A stretch of DNA of 64,000 nucleotides from Rhodothermales bacterium (GCA_040221055.1 JAVJVN010000020.1:69528-133527); one strand, 5' to 3'. Counted from the first letter of the stretch, positions 9,670 to 20,528 are shown. Notes: generated by a model not told the origin, from the sequence alone. Translations and numbers: made by a program.

Positions 9670-11529
9670 ATGACCCGAACGATGCCCATGATTCGTCTGT
9701 CCATTCTCCTGTGCCTGCTCGCGGCGATGCAGGTTCGCCCGTCCCATGCCCAGGAGGTTTCCGTGCAGGCATCGGTGAATGCGACCGTAATCGGCACGGA
9801 AGAAGTCGTCACCTATACGTTGTCCGTGCAAGGCTCTGACGGTTCGGACGTGCAACCACCGGCGGCACCCGAATCGCGCGGCCTTGCCCTGGCACAGTCC
9901 ACGCCCGGTACCCAGCGGAACGTATCCATTGTCAATGGGCGCGTTTCCCAGAGTTTCGGCTATACGTGGGCCTTCCGCCCGATCGGAGAAGGCCAGGCCC
10001 GCATTGAAGCCATGACCATCACGGTCGGCGACCGGACCTACCATACCGACCCCATTGAAATCGAGATCGTCCCCCAGTCCCAACGCCCCGCCCGCCCGCA
10101 ACGCCGCGATCCGTTCTCCTCCCTGATGGCACCTGCCGATCCCGAACCGGAGCCGGAGCCGCCGTCCGACCGGGATATTTTCATCCGTGCCACACCCGCT
10201 TCGTCCACGGTATGGCAGAATGAGCAGCTCGTTATCCAGTACCGGCTGTACTTCCGGGAAGGAATCCAACTCCGGCAGAGCCGACTGACAGACAGCTGGG
10301 AAGCCGAGGGCTTCTGGCGCGAAGAAATGGACGTCGAAACACGCCCGATCCCCCAGACCGTCGTCGAGAACGGCCTCCGGTACAATGTGATCACCCTGAA
10401 GCGGGCGGCCGTATTTCCGGCACGGGCAGGTGACCTGAGCGTTGACCCCCTGCGCATTGAAAGTGAGGCCATGTTGCCGACCGAACGGCGTGACCCGTTC
10501 CAGAGTCTGTTTTCCATGCGATCCCGGTATACCCCGGTCGAATTGGCTTCGGGGGAAGTCCGGGTTGCCGCCCGTCCGCTTCCAGGCGGTGCCCCCGAGA
10601 GCTTCCAGGGCGTGGTCGGCAATTTTGTCCTGTCGGCCCGGACCGATCGCCAGCAAGTAGAGGTCGGATCGTCCATCCGCCTCACGGTGACGGTACGGGG
10701 TGATGGCAACCTGGCCACCCTTTCCGCTCCGCGCATCCATGTGCCGGCCGTGTTCGATACCTATGAGCCCGAGTCGTCCCTGGCCATTGATCGATCGGGG
10801 AATCGCCTGACCGGCAGCAAGACGTTCACGTATGTGCTGATTCCGCGGGCCAATGGATCCTATGAGATCCCTCCCGTCGAATTCTCGTGGTTCGACCCCG
10901 ACGCCAATGTCTACCGGACGACGCAATCCGATCCCTTCCCCGTGACGGTCACGGGAACGGCCACCGTCCCGGATGTCGTAAGTGCCACCACGAACGGTCT
11001 GCCCGTGGACGACGTGGCGCCTCCATTCGTCCATGCAGCGAAGTGGGTACGGACGTCCTCCCCTCCCCTCCACCGGCGGACAGCGACGTGGATCATCCTG
11101 CTCCTTCCGGTACTGGCGTTCGGGGCCGGGTTGATCGTGGATCGCCAGCGGCGGCGACATGCGGATGCGCCATCCCTGTCCCGGGGCCGACGTGCCCACC
11201 CGCTATCCCGTCAGCACCTCAAACGCGCTACGGAACTCATGCATACCGATGACACGGCCGGGTATTTCGAGGAATTGGACCGCGCCGTCCTCGGGTTCAT
11301 CGGCAACCGGCTGGACATCCCGGAACGCGGATTGACCCGGGCCCGTCTCGACGCCATCCTGGCTGAAAAAGGCATTCCAACCGGGACGCGCGAGCGACTC
11401 AGGGCCTTCCTGGACACGTGTGACCTGGGCCGGTACGCGCCCTCGGGAATGAACCATGAACGGAGGGAAGGGGCGCTGGACGACGCATCGGCCCTCATTC
11501 CGGACATTGACGAGCACCTTTCAGCATGA
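9670..11529 (+). CDS. batD: BatD (oxygen-tolerance family) protein
   Basis: It has a signal peptide, a large extracytoplasmic region and a C-terminal TM segment followed by a cytoplasmic tail, which is the BatD architecture. The start is the first ATG after the batC stop; the ORF-track start is a TTG at 9655. Confidence 0.8.
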   Translation: MTRTMPMIRLSILLCLLAAMQVRPSHAQEVSVQASVNATVIGTEEVVTYTLSVQGSDGSDVQPPAAPESRGLALAQSTPGTQRNVSIVNGRVSQSFGYTWAFRPIGEGQARIEAMTITVGDRTYHTDPIEIEIVPQSQRPARPQRRDPFSSLMAPADPEPEPEPPSDRDIFIRATPASSTVWQNEQLVIQYRLYFREGIQLRQSRLTDSWEAEGFWREEMDVETRPIPQTVVENGLRYNVITLKRAAVFPARAGDLSVDPLRIESEAMLPTERRDPFQSLFSMRSRYTPVELASGEVRVAARPLPGGAPESFQGVVGNFVLSARTDRQQVEVGSSIRLTVTVRGDGNLATLSAPRIHVPAVFDTYEPESSLAIDRSGNRLTGSKTFTYVLIPRANGSYEIPPVEFSWFDPDANVYRTTQSDPFPVTVTGTATVPDVVSATTNGLPVDDVAPPFVHAAKWVRTSSPPLHRRTATWIILLLPVLAFGAGLIVDRQRRRHADAPSLSRGRRAHPLSRQHLKRATELMHTDDTAGYFEELDRAVLGFIGNRLDIPERGLTRARLDAILAEKGIPTGTRERLRAFLDTCDLGRYAPSGMNHERREGALDDASALIPDIDEHLSA

Positions 11530-12296
11530 CCAACCTTCAGCGCATGGGTCTTTTGGCCATCGTGGCTCTCCTGATGTTCTGCTCGTTCGACGTGCAGGCA
11601 CAGGAATCGGCCGTTGCCCATTTCGACCGGGGAACCCAGGCCCTGCATGAAGGACGATTCCGGGACGCCATCGCCGCCTACGACGAGGCCCGATCGGAAG
11701 GCTACACGAGTGCCGAACTGCTGCACAATACCGGCGTCGCTTGGTATCGGCTGGATGATGTGGGTCGGGCTACCCTGTTCCTGGAACGTGCCCGTCTGCA
11801 GGCTCCGGAGGATGAGCGGATTCTGCACAGTCTTTCCATTGTACAGCGGCTGCAGCAAGACACCTTCTCCACGCTGCCCACTCCGTTCTGGATGCGGGCG
11901 CATCGTTGGATCCTGGATCGTGCGGGGCCGGGTGTATGGTTCGGGTTCGGCGCCGGCCTGCTGCTCCTGTGGGGCGGCGTCGCCGGCGCCCGGTTGCTGG
12001 CCCAGCGCACCCTGCCTCAGGGCCGACGTTTGGAGCGATGGGCGCTGATCATCGGACTGCCCGTGCTGGCGCTTGCCCTCTATTCGTCGGCCTTCCCTCC
12101 GTGGCCCGACCGCGCCATCGTTCTGGTCGAATCCGTCGCCCTCACGGAACAGGCAGCACCGGAAAGCACACCTGTCGAACAGCTCCATGCGGGAACGACC
12201 GTGCATGTACAGGCCCGGGGAGACGGCTGGGTTTTCGTGCGTCTGACGAACGGGGTCGGTGGATGGCTTCCCGACGACGCCATCGAGTCCGTCTGA
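11526..12296 (+). CDS. batE: TPR plus SH3-like domain protein BatE
   Basis: It has a signal peptide, TPR motifs, a TM segment and a C-terminal SH3b-like segment (GWVFVRLTNGVGGWLPDDAIE). Its ATG overlaps the batD stop. Confidence 0.7.
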   Translation: MTNLQRMGLLAIVALLMFCSFDVQAQESAVAHFDRGTQALHEGRFRDAIAAYDEARSEGYTSAELLHNTGVAWYRLDDVGRATLFLERARLQAPEDERILHSLSIVQRLQQDTFSTLPTPFWMRAHRWILDRAGPGVWFGFGAGLLLLWGGVAGARLLAQRTLPQGRRLERWALIIGLPVLALALYSSAFPPWPDRAIVLVESVALTEQAAPESTPVEQLHAGTTVHVQARGDGWVFVRLTNGVGGWLPDDAIESV

Positions 12297-12355
12297 GACG
12301 TATCTTCAGTGGCTCCTGTCCAACCTGAGCGAATCCCAGTCCATCCTAATCCGCC

Positions 12356-12952
12356 GTGGAACCACACGTCCTGCATCGCGCCCGCTCCGCCGGATGGATT
12401 GAAGTCATCTGCGGATCCATGTTCAGCGGGAAGACCGAGGAGCTCATCCGCAGGATGAAGCGCGCCCGGTTTGCCCGGCAGCGGGTCGAGGTGTACCAAC
12501 CCACCATCGATACCCGGTATTCCGAAGAAGAGGTGGTGTCACACGACGCATCGAGCCTTCGTTCCACACCGGTCGCTGCCGCCTCCCAGATCCTTCTGCT
12601 GGCATCCGATGCCGATGTCATCGGTATCGATGAGGGACAGTTCTTCGATTCAGATCTTGTGGACGTCGTCCAGGAGCTTTCGCGAACCGGGAAACGGGTC
12701 ATCATTGCCGGGTTGGACCAGGATTACCTGGGCAAGCCCTTCGGCCCCATGCCTGCGCTCATGGCCGTGGCCGAATACGTGACGAAGCTGCACGCCATCT
12801 GCATGCAGTGCGGGGCGCCCGCGAACCATTCACAGCGTCTTACGGCCGGGGACGAGCGGGTCCTGCTGGGCGCCACGGAATCGTACGAGCCCCGGTGCCG
12901 GAATTGCTTCGACCCGGGCCTGGTCAGGGCGCCTTCCGCAGACGGAAAATGA
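12356..12952 (+). CDS. tdk: thymidine kinase
   Basis: It has the P-loop [20 protein letters not shown] and C-terminal zinc-ribbon cysteines (CMQCG...CRNC). The start is a GTG. Confidence 0.9.
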   Translation: MEPHVLHRARSAGWIEVICGSMFSGKTEELIRRMKRARFARQRVEVYQPTIDTRYSEEEVVSHDASSLRSTPVAAASQILLLASDADVIGIDEGQFFDSDLVDVVQELSRTGKRVIIAGLDQDYLGKPFGPMPALMAVAEYVTKLHAICMQCGAPANHSQRLTAGDERVLLGATESYEPRCRNCFDPGLVRAPSADGK

Positions 12953-14117
12953 CCTCATCGGCCGCGTACAATCCGCCCCCGAGCACGATAAACGCGACCA
13001 GGGCGGGAACGGGCTGCCAGATGACGAAGCCGCCGAGCGCGCCGAGTGCACCACCCAGGTACTTGATGTAGTTGAGCTGCTCGTTGGTGCTGCGCTTGAT
13101 AAGGTCTTCCAACCGGTGCTCATCGTACGCCATCATGTTGTCCATGACCATGCCGTAGACGTCCAGGTTCTCGACGAATCCGAGTACCACCTTGGTGGCC
13201 CAGGCTTCGATGTCCTCCGCCCGACTCTCGATCTTCTCCGGTATCCGGTCCAGCAGGGCATCCATCTCATCCAGGACCACATCCAGTTGAGCCGGAAGTC
13301 CTTCAATCGCGGTTTCCACACGCCGCGTGAAGTCTTCCTCGTTGATGAACCGATAGGCCTTCAGGGCAAATCCGCCCACGCCCTGTCCCACCCATGACTC
13401 GATCTTGTCGATGGCGAAGGCAACCACCCGGTTGCGGACTTCCTCGGATGTGAGCACGGCGGTCATGTAGGATGACGTCAGCCCCTTCAATTCCGTCCTG
13501 AATTCTTCATCCTCAATGACGCTCCGGGTAACGCCCAGGGCCATTTCCCGGTACTTCGGGATGATCTGGTTTTCCTCGATTTTCTGCTTGATGATCTCTT
13601 CGTTGATCAATTCCTCGGAAACGGCCGTCGCAAGTCGGTAAATGACCCGTTCCCGCTGGGCGGGTATGAGCCCCTGCCCGAAGAGTGGCCGGGAATCACG
13701 GGGATTGAACAGCATGGTGATGGCCACCCAGTTCGTCAGGAAGCCGATGAGACCGCTCACGGCCACAATGCGCATGAGGCCGTCCAACGGATAGGAAACC
13801 CAGGGGAGTGTGAGCGTCATTCCGGGGAAATCCCACAGGAACGACGCCGCGAACATGATGCCGAGCGACCAGGGTATGACCTGCAGGAGGGGCAGGATGG
13901 CCGCATGCGACCCCGCCAGACGAGGCGGTTCGGACGCGGCCGCAACAGGGGGCGGAGAGACCGGGCGATGCCGGCGGATGTAACGGCTGAGCAGATCCCG
14001 GAAATCGCCCGCCGTGGCGCGTGTCACATCCCGGGCTTCCTGGACCGATAGTCCCCGGCTGCCCGATTCGTCTTCCTTCGATGTGTTCTGTTCGGGGTCC
14101 ACTCCGTTCCGGGTCAA
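12924..14117 (-). CDS. DUF445-like membrane protein
   Basis: TM segments flank a long helical region with the pattern [10 protein letters not shown]...[15 protein letters not shown]. The apparent start is a TTG, so the start is uncertain. Confidence 0.55.
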   Translation of the reverse strand: MTRNGVDPEQNTSKEDESGSRGLSVQEARDVTRATAGDFRDLLSRYIRRHRPVSPPPVAAASEPPRLAGSHAAILPLLQVIPWSLGIMFAASFLWDFPGMTLTLPWVSYPLDGLMRIVAVSGLIGFLTNWVAITMLFNPRDSRPLFGQGLIPAQRERVIYRLATAVSEELINEEIIKQKIEENQIIPKYREMALGVTRSVIEDEEFRTELKGLTSSYMTAVLTSEEVRNRVVAFAIDKIESWVGQGVGGFALKAYRFINEEDFTRRVETAIEGLPAQLDVVLDEMDALLDRIPEKIESRAEDIEAWATKVVLGFVENLDVYGMVMDNMMAYDEHRLEDLIKRSTNEQLNYIKYLGGALGALGGFVIWQPVPALVAFIVLGGGLYAADEVIFRLRKAP

Positions 14118-14118
14118 T

Positions 14119-14685
14119 TCACCCTTGGGACGCAGAGAGGCCCAGGCGGGTTGCGTCCGCCTGCATGCCGGCGATCACATTCCCGATGTGTTCGTTCAGT
14201 TCAATTCCCAGATCGGCGGCTCCGTTGCGGATATCGTCACGCCCCACCGCCGCGGCGAAGGCCTTGTCCTTGAGCTTCTTGGTCACGGACTTCACGCTCA
14301 TGCCTTCCAACCGGGTCGGTCGTACCCACGCGACGGCGGTAATGAAGCCCGACAGTTCATCGACCGCATAGAGCGCCTTCGAGAGCAACGTCGTGCGCGG
14401 GGTTCCGGTGTGGTCCGCATGGCCCATGATGGCGTCCAGCATGACTTCGGGGTAACCCAGTTCCCGCAGCACGCCCACGCCCACGTACGGGTGCTCACTG
14501 GCCGTCTGGTGCTTCTCGTAGTCCATGTCGTGCAACAGGCCCGTCATCCGCCACAGCTGCTCGTCCTCCCCGAAGTGACGGGCGTAGAAAGCCATGGCCG
14601 CCTCCACGCCGTAGGCATGGCGGCGGAGACTGTCCGTATGGGTCCAGTCATGGAAAAGGGCCAGGGCATCCTTGTATTCAGGCAT
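14119..14685 (-). CDS. HD-domain phosphohydrolase
   Basis: It has H...HD motifs (RRHAYGVE..., GLLHDMDYEKH). I took the ATG at 14685; the ORF-track start is a TTG at 14691. Confidence 0.75.
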   Translation of the reverse strand: MPEYKDALALFHDWTHTDSLRRHAYGVEAAMAFYARHFGEDEQLWRMTGLLHDMDYEKHQTASEHPYVGVGVLRELGYPEVMLDAIMGHADHTGTPRTTLLSKALYAVDELSGFITAVAWVRPTRLEGMSVKSVTKKLKDKAFAAAVGRDDIRNGAADLGIELNEHIGNVIAGMQADATRLGLSASQG

Positions 14686-14687
14686 GA

Positions 14688-15620
14688 TCAAAACAGGTCC
14701 ACGATTCGCATTTCCTTGAGATATCGACCGGGATTGGCCTGGAAATCGGCCATCAGGGCGTTCAGTCCGGTCAGGGTGGAGTCCATTTTGTGATACATGG
14801 AGGGGTCCTTCAACAGCATACCCAGCGTGCCCTCGCCATTGTTCAGGGCCGCGAGCACAGCCGTCAGTTCAACCGATACGCTCCGGACATCCACAAGCGT
14901 CCGGTCCACGCCATCCAGCGTGGATTGCAAACTGTCCATGAGCGCGGCCAGGCGTTCGCCATCTTCTCCGGCAGCCGTATCCAGATCGGCGGTCGCGGAC
15001 TCCACATTGGCCATGACGCGCCCAATCCTCTCCCGTTCGGCCAGCAGCAAGGCTTCGAGTTGTTGCACCGAACGATCCACGGACCCGATGGCGGATCGGA
15101 GGTCTGAATCGGGGGAGTTCAGCATCTGATCGGTTCCCCCGAGGACCCGGTCCAGGCCAACAAGAACCGAGTCGACGCGGTCCACCATGCCCGGAGCCCG
15201 CGCCGTCAGCGAAGCAATGGCATCGGACATTGGCTGCGTGGCAATCCGGCCGCCTTCGGGAATGCGTGGCGCATCGGGTGGTCCAAGCATCAAATCCATC
15301 CGGACGACCCCGAGTGCATCGAACCCGGCAATGGCCCCGGTCGTGCCTTCGGTCACGGGAAGCGAGCTGTCCACATGGAAATCAACGATCACATTGCCCG
15401 TGGACGGGGAAATCCGGACGCCGTTCACCGATCCCACGTTTACCCCATTCACGCGCACGACGTTGCCTGCAATGAGACCACCGGCATCGTCGAATTCCGC
15501 CGTCAGCGACAGCGTTGGCCGGAAGAGGGGCAGATCTTCGAAATACCGGACACCCAGGATGAAGATGGCGGTGGCAATCAGGAGCGAGGCTCCGACTTTC
15601 AATTCATTGGAATACTTCAT
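14688..15620 (-). CDS. mlaD: MlaD/MCE-family substrate-binding protein
   Basis: It has an N-terminal TM anchor and an MCE domain (GLIAGNVVRVNGVNVGSV). Its ATG overlaps the mlaF stop as ATGA. Confidence 0.8.
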   Translation of the reverse strand: MKYSNELKVGASLLIATAIFILGVRYFEDLPLFRPTLSLTAEFDDAGGLIAGNVVRVNGVNVGSVNGVRISPSTGNVIVDFHVDSSLPVTEGTTGAIAGFDALGVVRMDLMLGPPDAPRIPEGGRIATQPMSDAIASLTARAPGMVDRVDSVLVGLDRVLGGTDQMLNSPDSDLRSAIGSVDRSVQQLEALLLAERERIGRVMANVESATADLDTAAGEDGERLAALMDSLQSTLDGVDRTLVDVRSVSVELTAVLAALNNGEGTLGMLLKDPSMYHKMDSTLTGLNALMADFQANPGRYLKEMRIVDLF

Positions 15621-16360
15621 GAGTGGCCGATCTGGTATTCATTGGCTTTGACGAACGCTTTCAGGACCGGATCGTCTGCGTCATGCAGCTCGTCGATGGT
15701 ACCGGCCCAATGCATGCGCCCCTGATAGATGAAAGCGGCGCGGTCTGCGATGTTCAGCACGGAATGCATGTCGTGCGTGACGACAATACTGGTCACGTTC
15801 AGTTGTTCGGACAGGCCCTCGATGAGCGCATCAATGGTGTTGGACGTTTCCGGATCCAACCCGCTCGTGGGCTCATCATACAACACGTACCGTGGCCGCA
15901 AGGCCACGGCCCGGGCCAGGGCTACCCTTTTTTGCTGCCCGCCGGACAATTCGGAAGGCATCTGTTCACCCACATGCGGCAATTCCACCATGTTCAGGCA
16001 GTTCTCTACTTCGTATCGGATTTCATCTTCGGTCTTCCGGGTGAACGTCCGCAGGGGGAATGCCACGTTCTCAAAGGCACTCATGGAGTCGAACAGGGCG
16101 CCGCCCTGGAACAGGATTCCGAAATTGCGACGGATTTCCCGGAGCTCTCCATAGCTGATGGCATTGATGTCAACACCATCCACGGTAATGCGACCGGAAT
16201 CGGGCTTCAGCAGTCCGATGATATGCTTCATGAGCACACTTTTACCCGATCCGGAGCGACCGATGATGGCAATGGTCTCCCCCTCGACAATATCCAACGA
16301 TACGTCAAAGAGGACCTGCCTTTCCTCGAAGCTCTTGTTCAGTCGTTCAATGCGGATCAT
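15617..16360 (-). CDS. mlaF: ABC transporter ATP-binding protein (MlaF-like)
   Basis: It has Walker A GRSGSGKS, the signature LSGGQQKR and Walker B VLYDEPTSGLD. The start at MIRIERL (16360) overlaps the mlaE stop. Confidence 0.9.
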   Translation of the reverse strand: MIRIERLNKSFEERQVLFDVSLDIVEGETIAIIGRSGSGKSVLMKHIIGLLKPDSGRITVDGVDINAISYGELREIRRNFGILFQGGALFDSMSAFENVAFPLRTFTRKTEDEIRYEVENCLNMVELPHVGEQMPSELSGGQQKRVALARAVALRPRYVLYDEPTSGLDPETSNTIDALIEGLSEQLNVTSIVVTHDMHSVLNIADRAAFIYQGRMHWAGTIDELHDADDPVLKAFVKANEYQIGHS

Positions 16361-17118
16361 AGCAGTGTGGCGGCCAGCACGAGGTCGGCGAGGAGGATAT
16401 AGACACAACTGGCCACGGCGGCCTGGGTCGTGGCACGGCCCACGCCTTCCGCGCCGCCGGCCGTGTAGTATCCCTTGAAACACGAGATGGATGTGATGGC
16501 AAAACCGAAAACGAACGACTTGATCATGCCGAAAATGGGGTCGAACGGCTGGAAGAACTCCCGGGCCCCGTCCACGAACACGCCGATGGGGACGAATCCT
16601 CCGAAGTGCCCGACCAACATGCCTCCGGTAATCCCCACGAAGGTCGCCGCAATGTACAGGACCGGAAACATCACGACACCGGCAATCACGCGGGGTACAA
16701 TGAGGTAGCCGATGGAATTGAGCCCCATGGCCTCCAGTGCATCGATCTGCTCCGTGACGCGCATGGTGCCCAGTTCAGCCGCAATCCGGGCGCCGACCCG
16801 ACCCGCCAGGATGAATCCCGTGACGACCGCACCCAGTTCGAGGACCATGGACGGCGCCACGATGGAGCCGATGATGCTCTTGGGAATGAGCGGGGAAACC
16901 AGCTGGTAGGCGGTCTGTACGGTGGTGACGGCGCCCGAAAAGGCGGCCGCCAACATGACGATGGGAAGCGAGTCCACCCCGACGCGCATCATCTGCTCCC
17001 AGAGGTTCTTCCGATACCTCGGAAATTCCGGCAGGGCGCCGAATGCATGGAACATCAGCAGGCTGTACCGGCCCAGGGCCTGGACCGGTTCGCGTATGGA
17101 GTTATGCAGTTGCGGCAT
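16357..17118 (-). CDS. mlaE: ABC transporter permease (MlaE-like)
   Basis: It is a polytopic permease of about 253 aa with the pattern RVTEQIDALEAMG typical of MlaE. I trimmed the start to the ATG at 17118. Confidence 0.85.
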   Translation of the reverse strand: MPQLHNSIREPVQALGRYSLLMFHAFGALPEFPRYRKNLWEQMMRVGVDSLPIVMLAAAFSGAVTTVQTAYQLVSPLIPKSIIGSIVAPSMVLELGAVVTGFILAGRVGARIAAELGTMRVTEQIDALEAMGLNSIGYLIVPRVIAGVVMFPVLYIAATFVGITGGMLVGHFGGFVPIGVFVDGAREFFQPFDPIFGMIKSFVFGFAITSISCFKGYYTAGGAEGVGRATTQAAVASCVYILLADLVLAATLL

Positions 17119-17210
17119 TCGGGTCGGAAGGGTAATCGGCTTCAAGGTACGTTGACCGTTCCAATAGGTGCCCATCCCGTAATGTGGCAGGCACCACGTA
17201 TCTTCCAGGT

Positions 17211-18575
17211 ATGGCCAAAACCAGATCAATCTTCACGTGCCAGCAGTGTGGGGGCGAATCGCCCCGATGGCTGGGTCAATGCCCGTCCTGCGGAGAGTGG
17301 AACACCCTCGTGGAAGAACGGGTGGAGCCGACGTCCCGGCACGCACTCGGAGGAGCGCGACCATCGCGGACCGCCGGAGTCTCGGCCGCACTTCGTCTGG
17401 AAGATGTACAGAGCGGTCAGGAATCACGGATTGTCACCCGGAACGCGGAGCTGGATCGGGTACTGGGGGGCGGCATCGTCCGTGGCTCAGCCGTCCTGGT
17501 GGCGGGCGACCCCGGAATCGGCAAGAGTACCCTGATGACCGAACTCGGGGCCTTGCTCAAGAATCTGAAAATCCTGTACGTGACGGGCGAGGAATCCCCA
17601 GCCCAGGTGAAGATGCGCGCCGAGCGGCTGGGTGTGGACTCCGACACCTTCCTGTTGCTGGCGGAAACCGATGTGGAGGGCATTATTTCATGCGTGCATG
17701 ATGAGCAGCCCGACCTGCTGGTGGTGGATTCCATCCAGACCGTGTACCGCACCGACCTGAACAGCGCCCCGGGATCGGTTGCCCAGGTCCGGGAAAGCGC
17801 TGCGGCCCTCATCCAGATGGCCAAGGCGACCGGAACGGCAGCCTTCATTGTGGGGCACGTCACCAAGCAGGGGTCGATAGCCGGCCCACGGGTGCTGGAG
17901 CACATGGTGGATACGGTTCTGTATCTGGAAGGGGATCGGCACCATGCGTTCCGGATCCTGCGGGCCGTCAAGAACCGGTTCGGCTCGACGAACGAAATCG
18001 GGGTGTTCGAGATGCAATCGGACGGACTGTCGGCCGTCGGCAATCCGAGTGCCCTGTTCCTGTCGGAACGGGCCGTGCATGCTTCAGGCACGGCGGTCGT
18101 GTGCTCCGTGGAGGGGACGCGCCCGTTGCTCGCCGAAATCCAGGCACTCGTTACGGACACCTCCTATTCGACGCCCCAGCGAACAGCGACGGGATTCGAT
18201 CCACGCCGGCTTCAGATGTTGTTGGCCGTGCTCGAAAAGCGGGTCGGCCTGCGCCTTTCCGGATCGGATGTGTTCGTGAACGTCACGGGTGGCCTGAAGC
18301 TGTCCGAGCCCGCGGTTGACCTGGGAATGGTCGCCGCCATCGTGTCCTCATTCCGGAATCGCGCCATTCCGGCCACGTCCGTACTGATCGGGGAAGTCGG
18401 TCTGGGAGGGGAAATCCGCTCAGTCCCGCAACTCGATGCGCGCATCCGTGAGGCCTCCAAGCTGGGATTCACGGATATCTTCGTGCCGGAAAGTGCCCGG
18501 GCGGGAGCCGGCGCATCGACGGCGAAATTGACGGGTGTGGCCTCCCTGGAAGCCCTCGTTGACCGACTGTTCTGA
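17211..18575 (+). CDS. radA: DNA repair protein RadA
   Basis: It has the zinc finger CQQCG...CPSCGEWN, Walker A GDPGIGKST, the KNRFG motif and a Lon-like C-terminal domain. Confidence 0.95.
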   Translation: MAKTRSIFTCQQCGGESPRWLGQCPSCGEWNTLVEERVEPTSRHALGGARPSRTAGVSAALRLEDVQSGQESRIVTRNAELDRVLGGGIVRGSAVLVAGDPGIGKSTLMTELGALLKNLKILYVTGEESPAQVKMRAERLGVDSDTFLLLAETDVEGIISCVHDEQPDLLVVDSIQTVYRTDLNSAPGSVAQVRESAAALIQMAKATGTAAFIVGHVTKQGSIAGPRVLEHMVDTVLYLEGDRHHAFRILRAVKNRFGSTNEIGVFEMQSDGLSAVGNPSALFLSERAVHASGTAVVCSVEGTRPLLAEIQALVTDTSYSTPQRTATGFDPRRLQMLLAVLEKRVGLRLSGSDVFVNVTGGLKLSEPAVDLGMVAAIVSSFRNRAIPATSVLIGEVGLGGEIRSVPQLDARIREASKLGFTDIFVPESARAGAGASTAKLTGVASLEALVDRLF

Positions 18576-18584
18576 TAGTGGGGG

Positions 18585-19286
18585 TCAGCGCCGGTCCAGG
18601 CGCTCCACCGTGCCGTCATCGCGCCCTACGAGCACGGTCGTCGCCATATCCAGGAACAGACCGTGGTCCAGCACACCCGGCGTCTGCAGCAACGTCATGT
18701 TTACAGCATCGAGATCCCCCATGCCGTGATCGAATGCCGCGTCCAGGATCCACAGCCCCTGATCCGTAACGACGGGCCCATCCTTCTTGACGCCCATCCG
18801 GAGGACCGGATCACCCCCCAGTTTCCGGAGCACAGTCATGACGGGAGCCACGGCCATGGGAACGACTTCCACCGGCAGGGGCATACGTTCACCCAAACGC
18901 GACACCCGCTTCGACTCGTCGACCAGCACCACGAACGATCGCGCCTGGGCCGCCACGATCTTCTCCCGGGTATGCGCCGCACCCCGGCCCTTGATGAGTG
19001 CCAATCCGGGATCGAATTCGTCGGCCCCGTCGAATGCCAGATCTACAGCCGGATGCTCATCCAACGTGGTGAGCGGAATCCCGTTCTCGCGCGCCAGGCG
19101 CTCGGAAGCGAACGAGGTCGGTATGCCCTTGACCTCCAATCCCTCCCGGGAAATGCGCTCACCCAGCGCCTTGATGGCCATGGCTGCCGTGGAGCCGGTA
19201 CCCAGCCCCAGCACCATTCCGGCCGTGATCATGTCCGCAACGGTCTGTCCTACCAACCGTTTGGCGTCGTTCTGTGTCCGTGCCAT
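18585..19286 (-). CDS. rpiA: ribose-5-phosphate isomerase A
   Basis: It contains GLGTGSTA...DGADE...KGRGAAHTREK, the RpiA motifs. I trimmed the start to the ATG at 19286. Confidence 0.9.
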   Translation of the reverse strand: MARTQNDAKRLVGQTVADMITAGMVLGLGTGSTAAMAIKALGERISREGLEVKGIPTSFASERLARENGIPLTTLDEHPAVDLAFDGADEFDPGLALIKGRGAAHTREKIVAAQARSFVVLVDESKRVSRLGERMPLPVEVVPMAVAPVMTVLRKLGGDPVLRMGVKKDGPVVTDQGLWILDAAFDHGMGDLDAVNMTLLQTPGVLDHGLFLDMATTVLVGRDDGTVERLDRR

Positions 19287-19287
19287 C

Positions 19288-20517
19288 CTATTCGAATCGG
19301 AGCGCATCGATCGGATTCAACCGGGCCGCCTTGAAGGCCGGATATCCGCCGAAGACCAGCGCAATGAATGTGACCATGACGACGGCGGCAATGGCCCATC
19401 CAACCGGGAACGCCGCCGAGATGTCAAAATACAGGGCGACGCCATTCCCGGCCAGCGCTCCAAGAAGGATTCCGATGGCACCCCCGATCTGGCACAGGAA
19501 AAAGGCTTCCAGCAGGAACTGACGGAGGATGTCCTTGCGCCGGGCACCGATGGACTTCCGGATTCCGATTTCACGGGTACGCTCAATGACGGACACGAGC
19601 ATGATGTTCATGATGCCGATCCCGGCGGCCAGGAGCGATATCAATCCGATGCCGGCTCCTCCCATGGTCAACGTTCCCGTGAAGGCTTCAAATACAGCCT
19701 GCATGGAGTCGTTGGTGGACAGGTCAAAATTGTTCGGGTCGCCCGGTTGCACCTTCCGGATGACCCGCATGCGACCGATGACCTCGTCCTTTGCCGCATT
19801 GATCATGGCCGGATCATGGACGCGGATGGACACATTGGCGATATTGCGCTGGGGCTGTCCGTAGACCGTGAAACCCCGACTGATGGGCACGAAAACCCGG
19901 TTGTCTTCCGAGAACCCGAGGAAACTGCCCTTTTCCTTCAACACCCCGATGACCGAGCATCGCATGCCATCCATGGTCAATTGCTTCCCAAGGGGTGATT
20001 CGTTGGGAAACAGCTCCTCGGCAATAATGGAGCCGGTCACGCACACCGGACGGGCGTACTGGATGTCTTCTGCCGTGAAGAACCTTCCGTATTCGACCTC
20101 GTGGCTGAAGTTGCCCAGCATATCCTCGTCGGTGCCCATGATCATCACATTCGGCTCCGTTTCCCGGTCGGAATAGGAGACCTTCGTCATCTTGAAGTCC
20201 TCCATGGGCGACACCGTGACCGGAACGGTCATGAGGGATTCCAGACGTTCCACCTGATCGTAGGTAATGCTTGGCCGGTTGCGAACAGCCGCGCTCGTAT
20301 TGCCCATCTGGATGGGCGGCGTCCGGGTCACCGAGAAGGTGGACGACCCCAGGAATTGGAGCCGTTCCTTGAAGTACACATCAATCACTTCGACGGCCGT
20401 CACGGACACGATGATGGCGAACACACCGATCACCATGCCCAGCAACGTGAGACCCGATCTCATCTTGTGCCCGCGCAGGGACTCCCAGGCCATCCGGAAT
20501 GCTTCAAGAAATGCCAT
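19288..20517 (-). CDS. ABC transporter permease, MacB/FtsX family
   Basis: It has the MacB-type layout of TM1, a large periplasmic domain and a C-terminal FtsX 3-TM bundle, plus the REIGIRKSIGA motif. Confidence 0.85.
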   Translation of the reverse strand: MAFLEAFRMAWESLRGHKMRSGLTLLGMVIGVFAIIVSVTAVEVIDVYFKERLQFLGSSTFSVTRTPPIQMGNTSAAVRNRPSITYDQVERLESLMTVPVTVSPMEDFKMTKVSYSDRETEPNVMIMGTDEDMLGNFSHEVEYGRFFTAEDIQYARPVCVTGSIIAEELFPNESPLGKQLTMDGMRCSVIGVLKEKGSFLGFSEDNRVFVPISRGFTVYGQPQRNIANVSIRVHDPAMINAAKDEVIGRMRVIRKVQPGDPNNFDLSTNDSMQAVFEAFTGTLTMGGAGIGLISLLAAGIGIMNIMLVSVIERTREIGIRKSIGARRKDILRQFLLEAFFLCQIGGAIGILLGALAGNGVALYFDISAAFPVGWAIAAVVMVTFIALVFGGYPAFKAARLNPIDALRFE

Positions 20518-20528
20518 GTCAAATACGT

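Noticed and set aside
12924-12952. Convergent 3' overlaps: tdk/DUF445 (29 nt), USP/dsbD (16 nt), pentapeptide/lipoprotein (14 nt) and NamZ/DUF3098 (26 nt).
   Set aside because: Short convergent overlaps are common in compact high-GC genomes and depend on exact stop positions only. Nothing suggests a special function.
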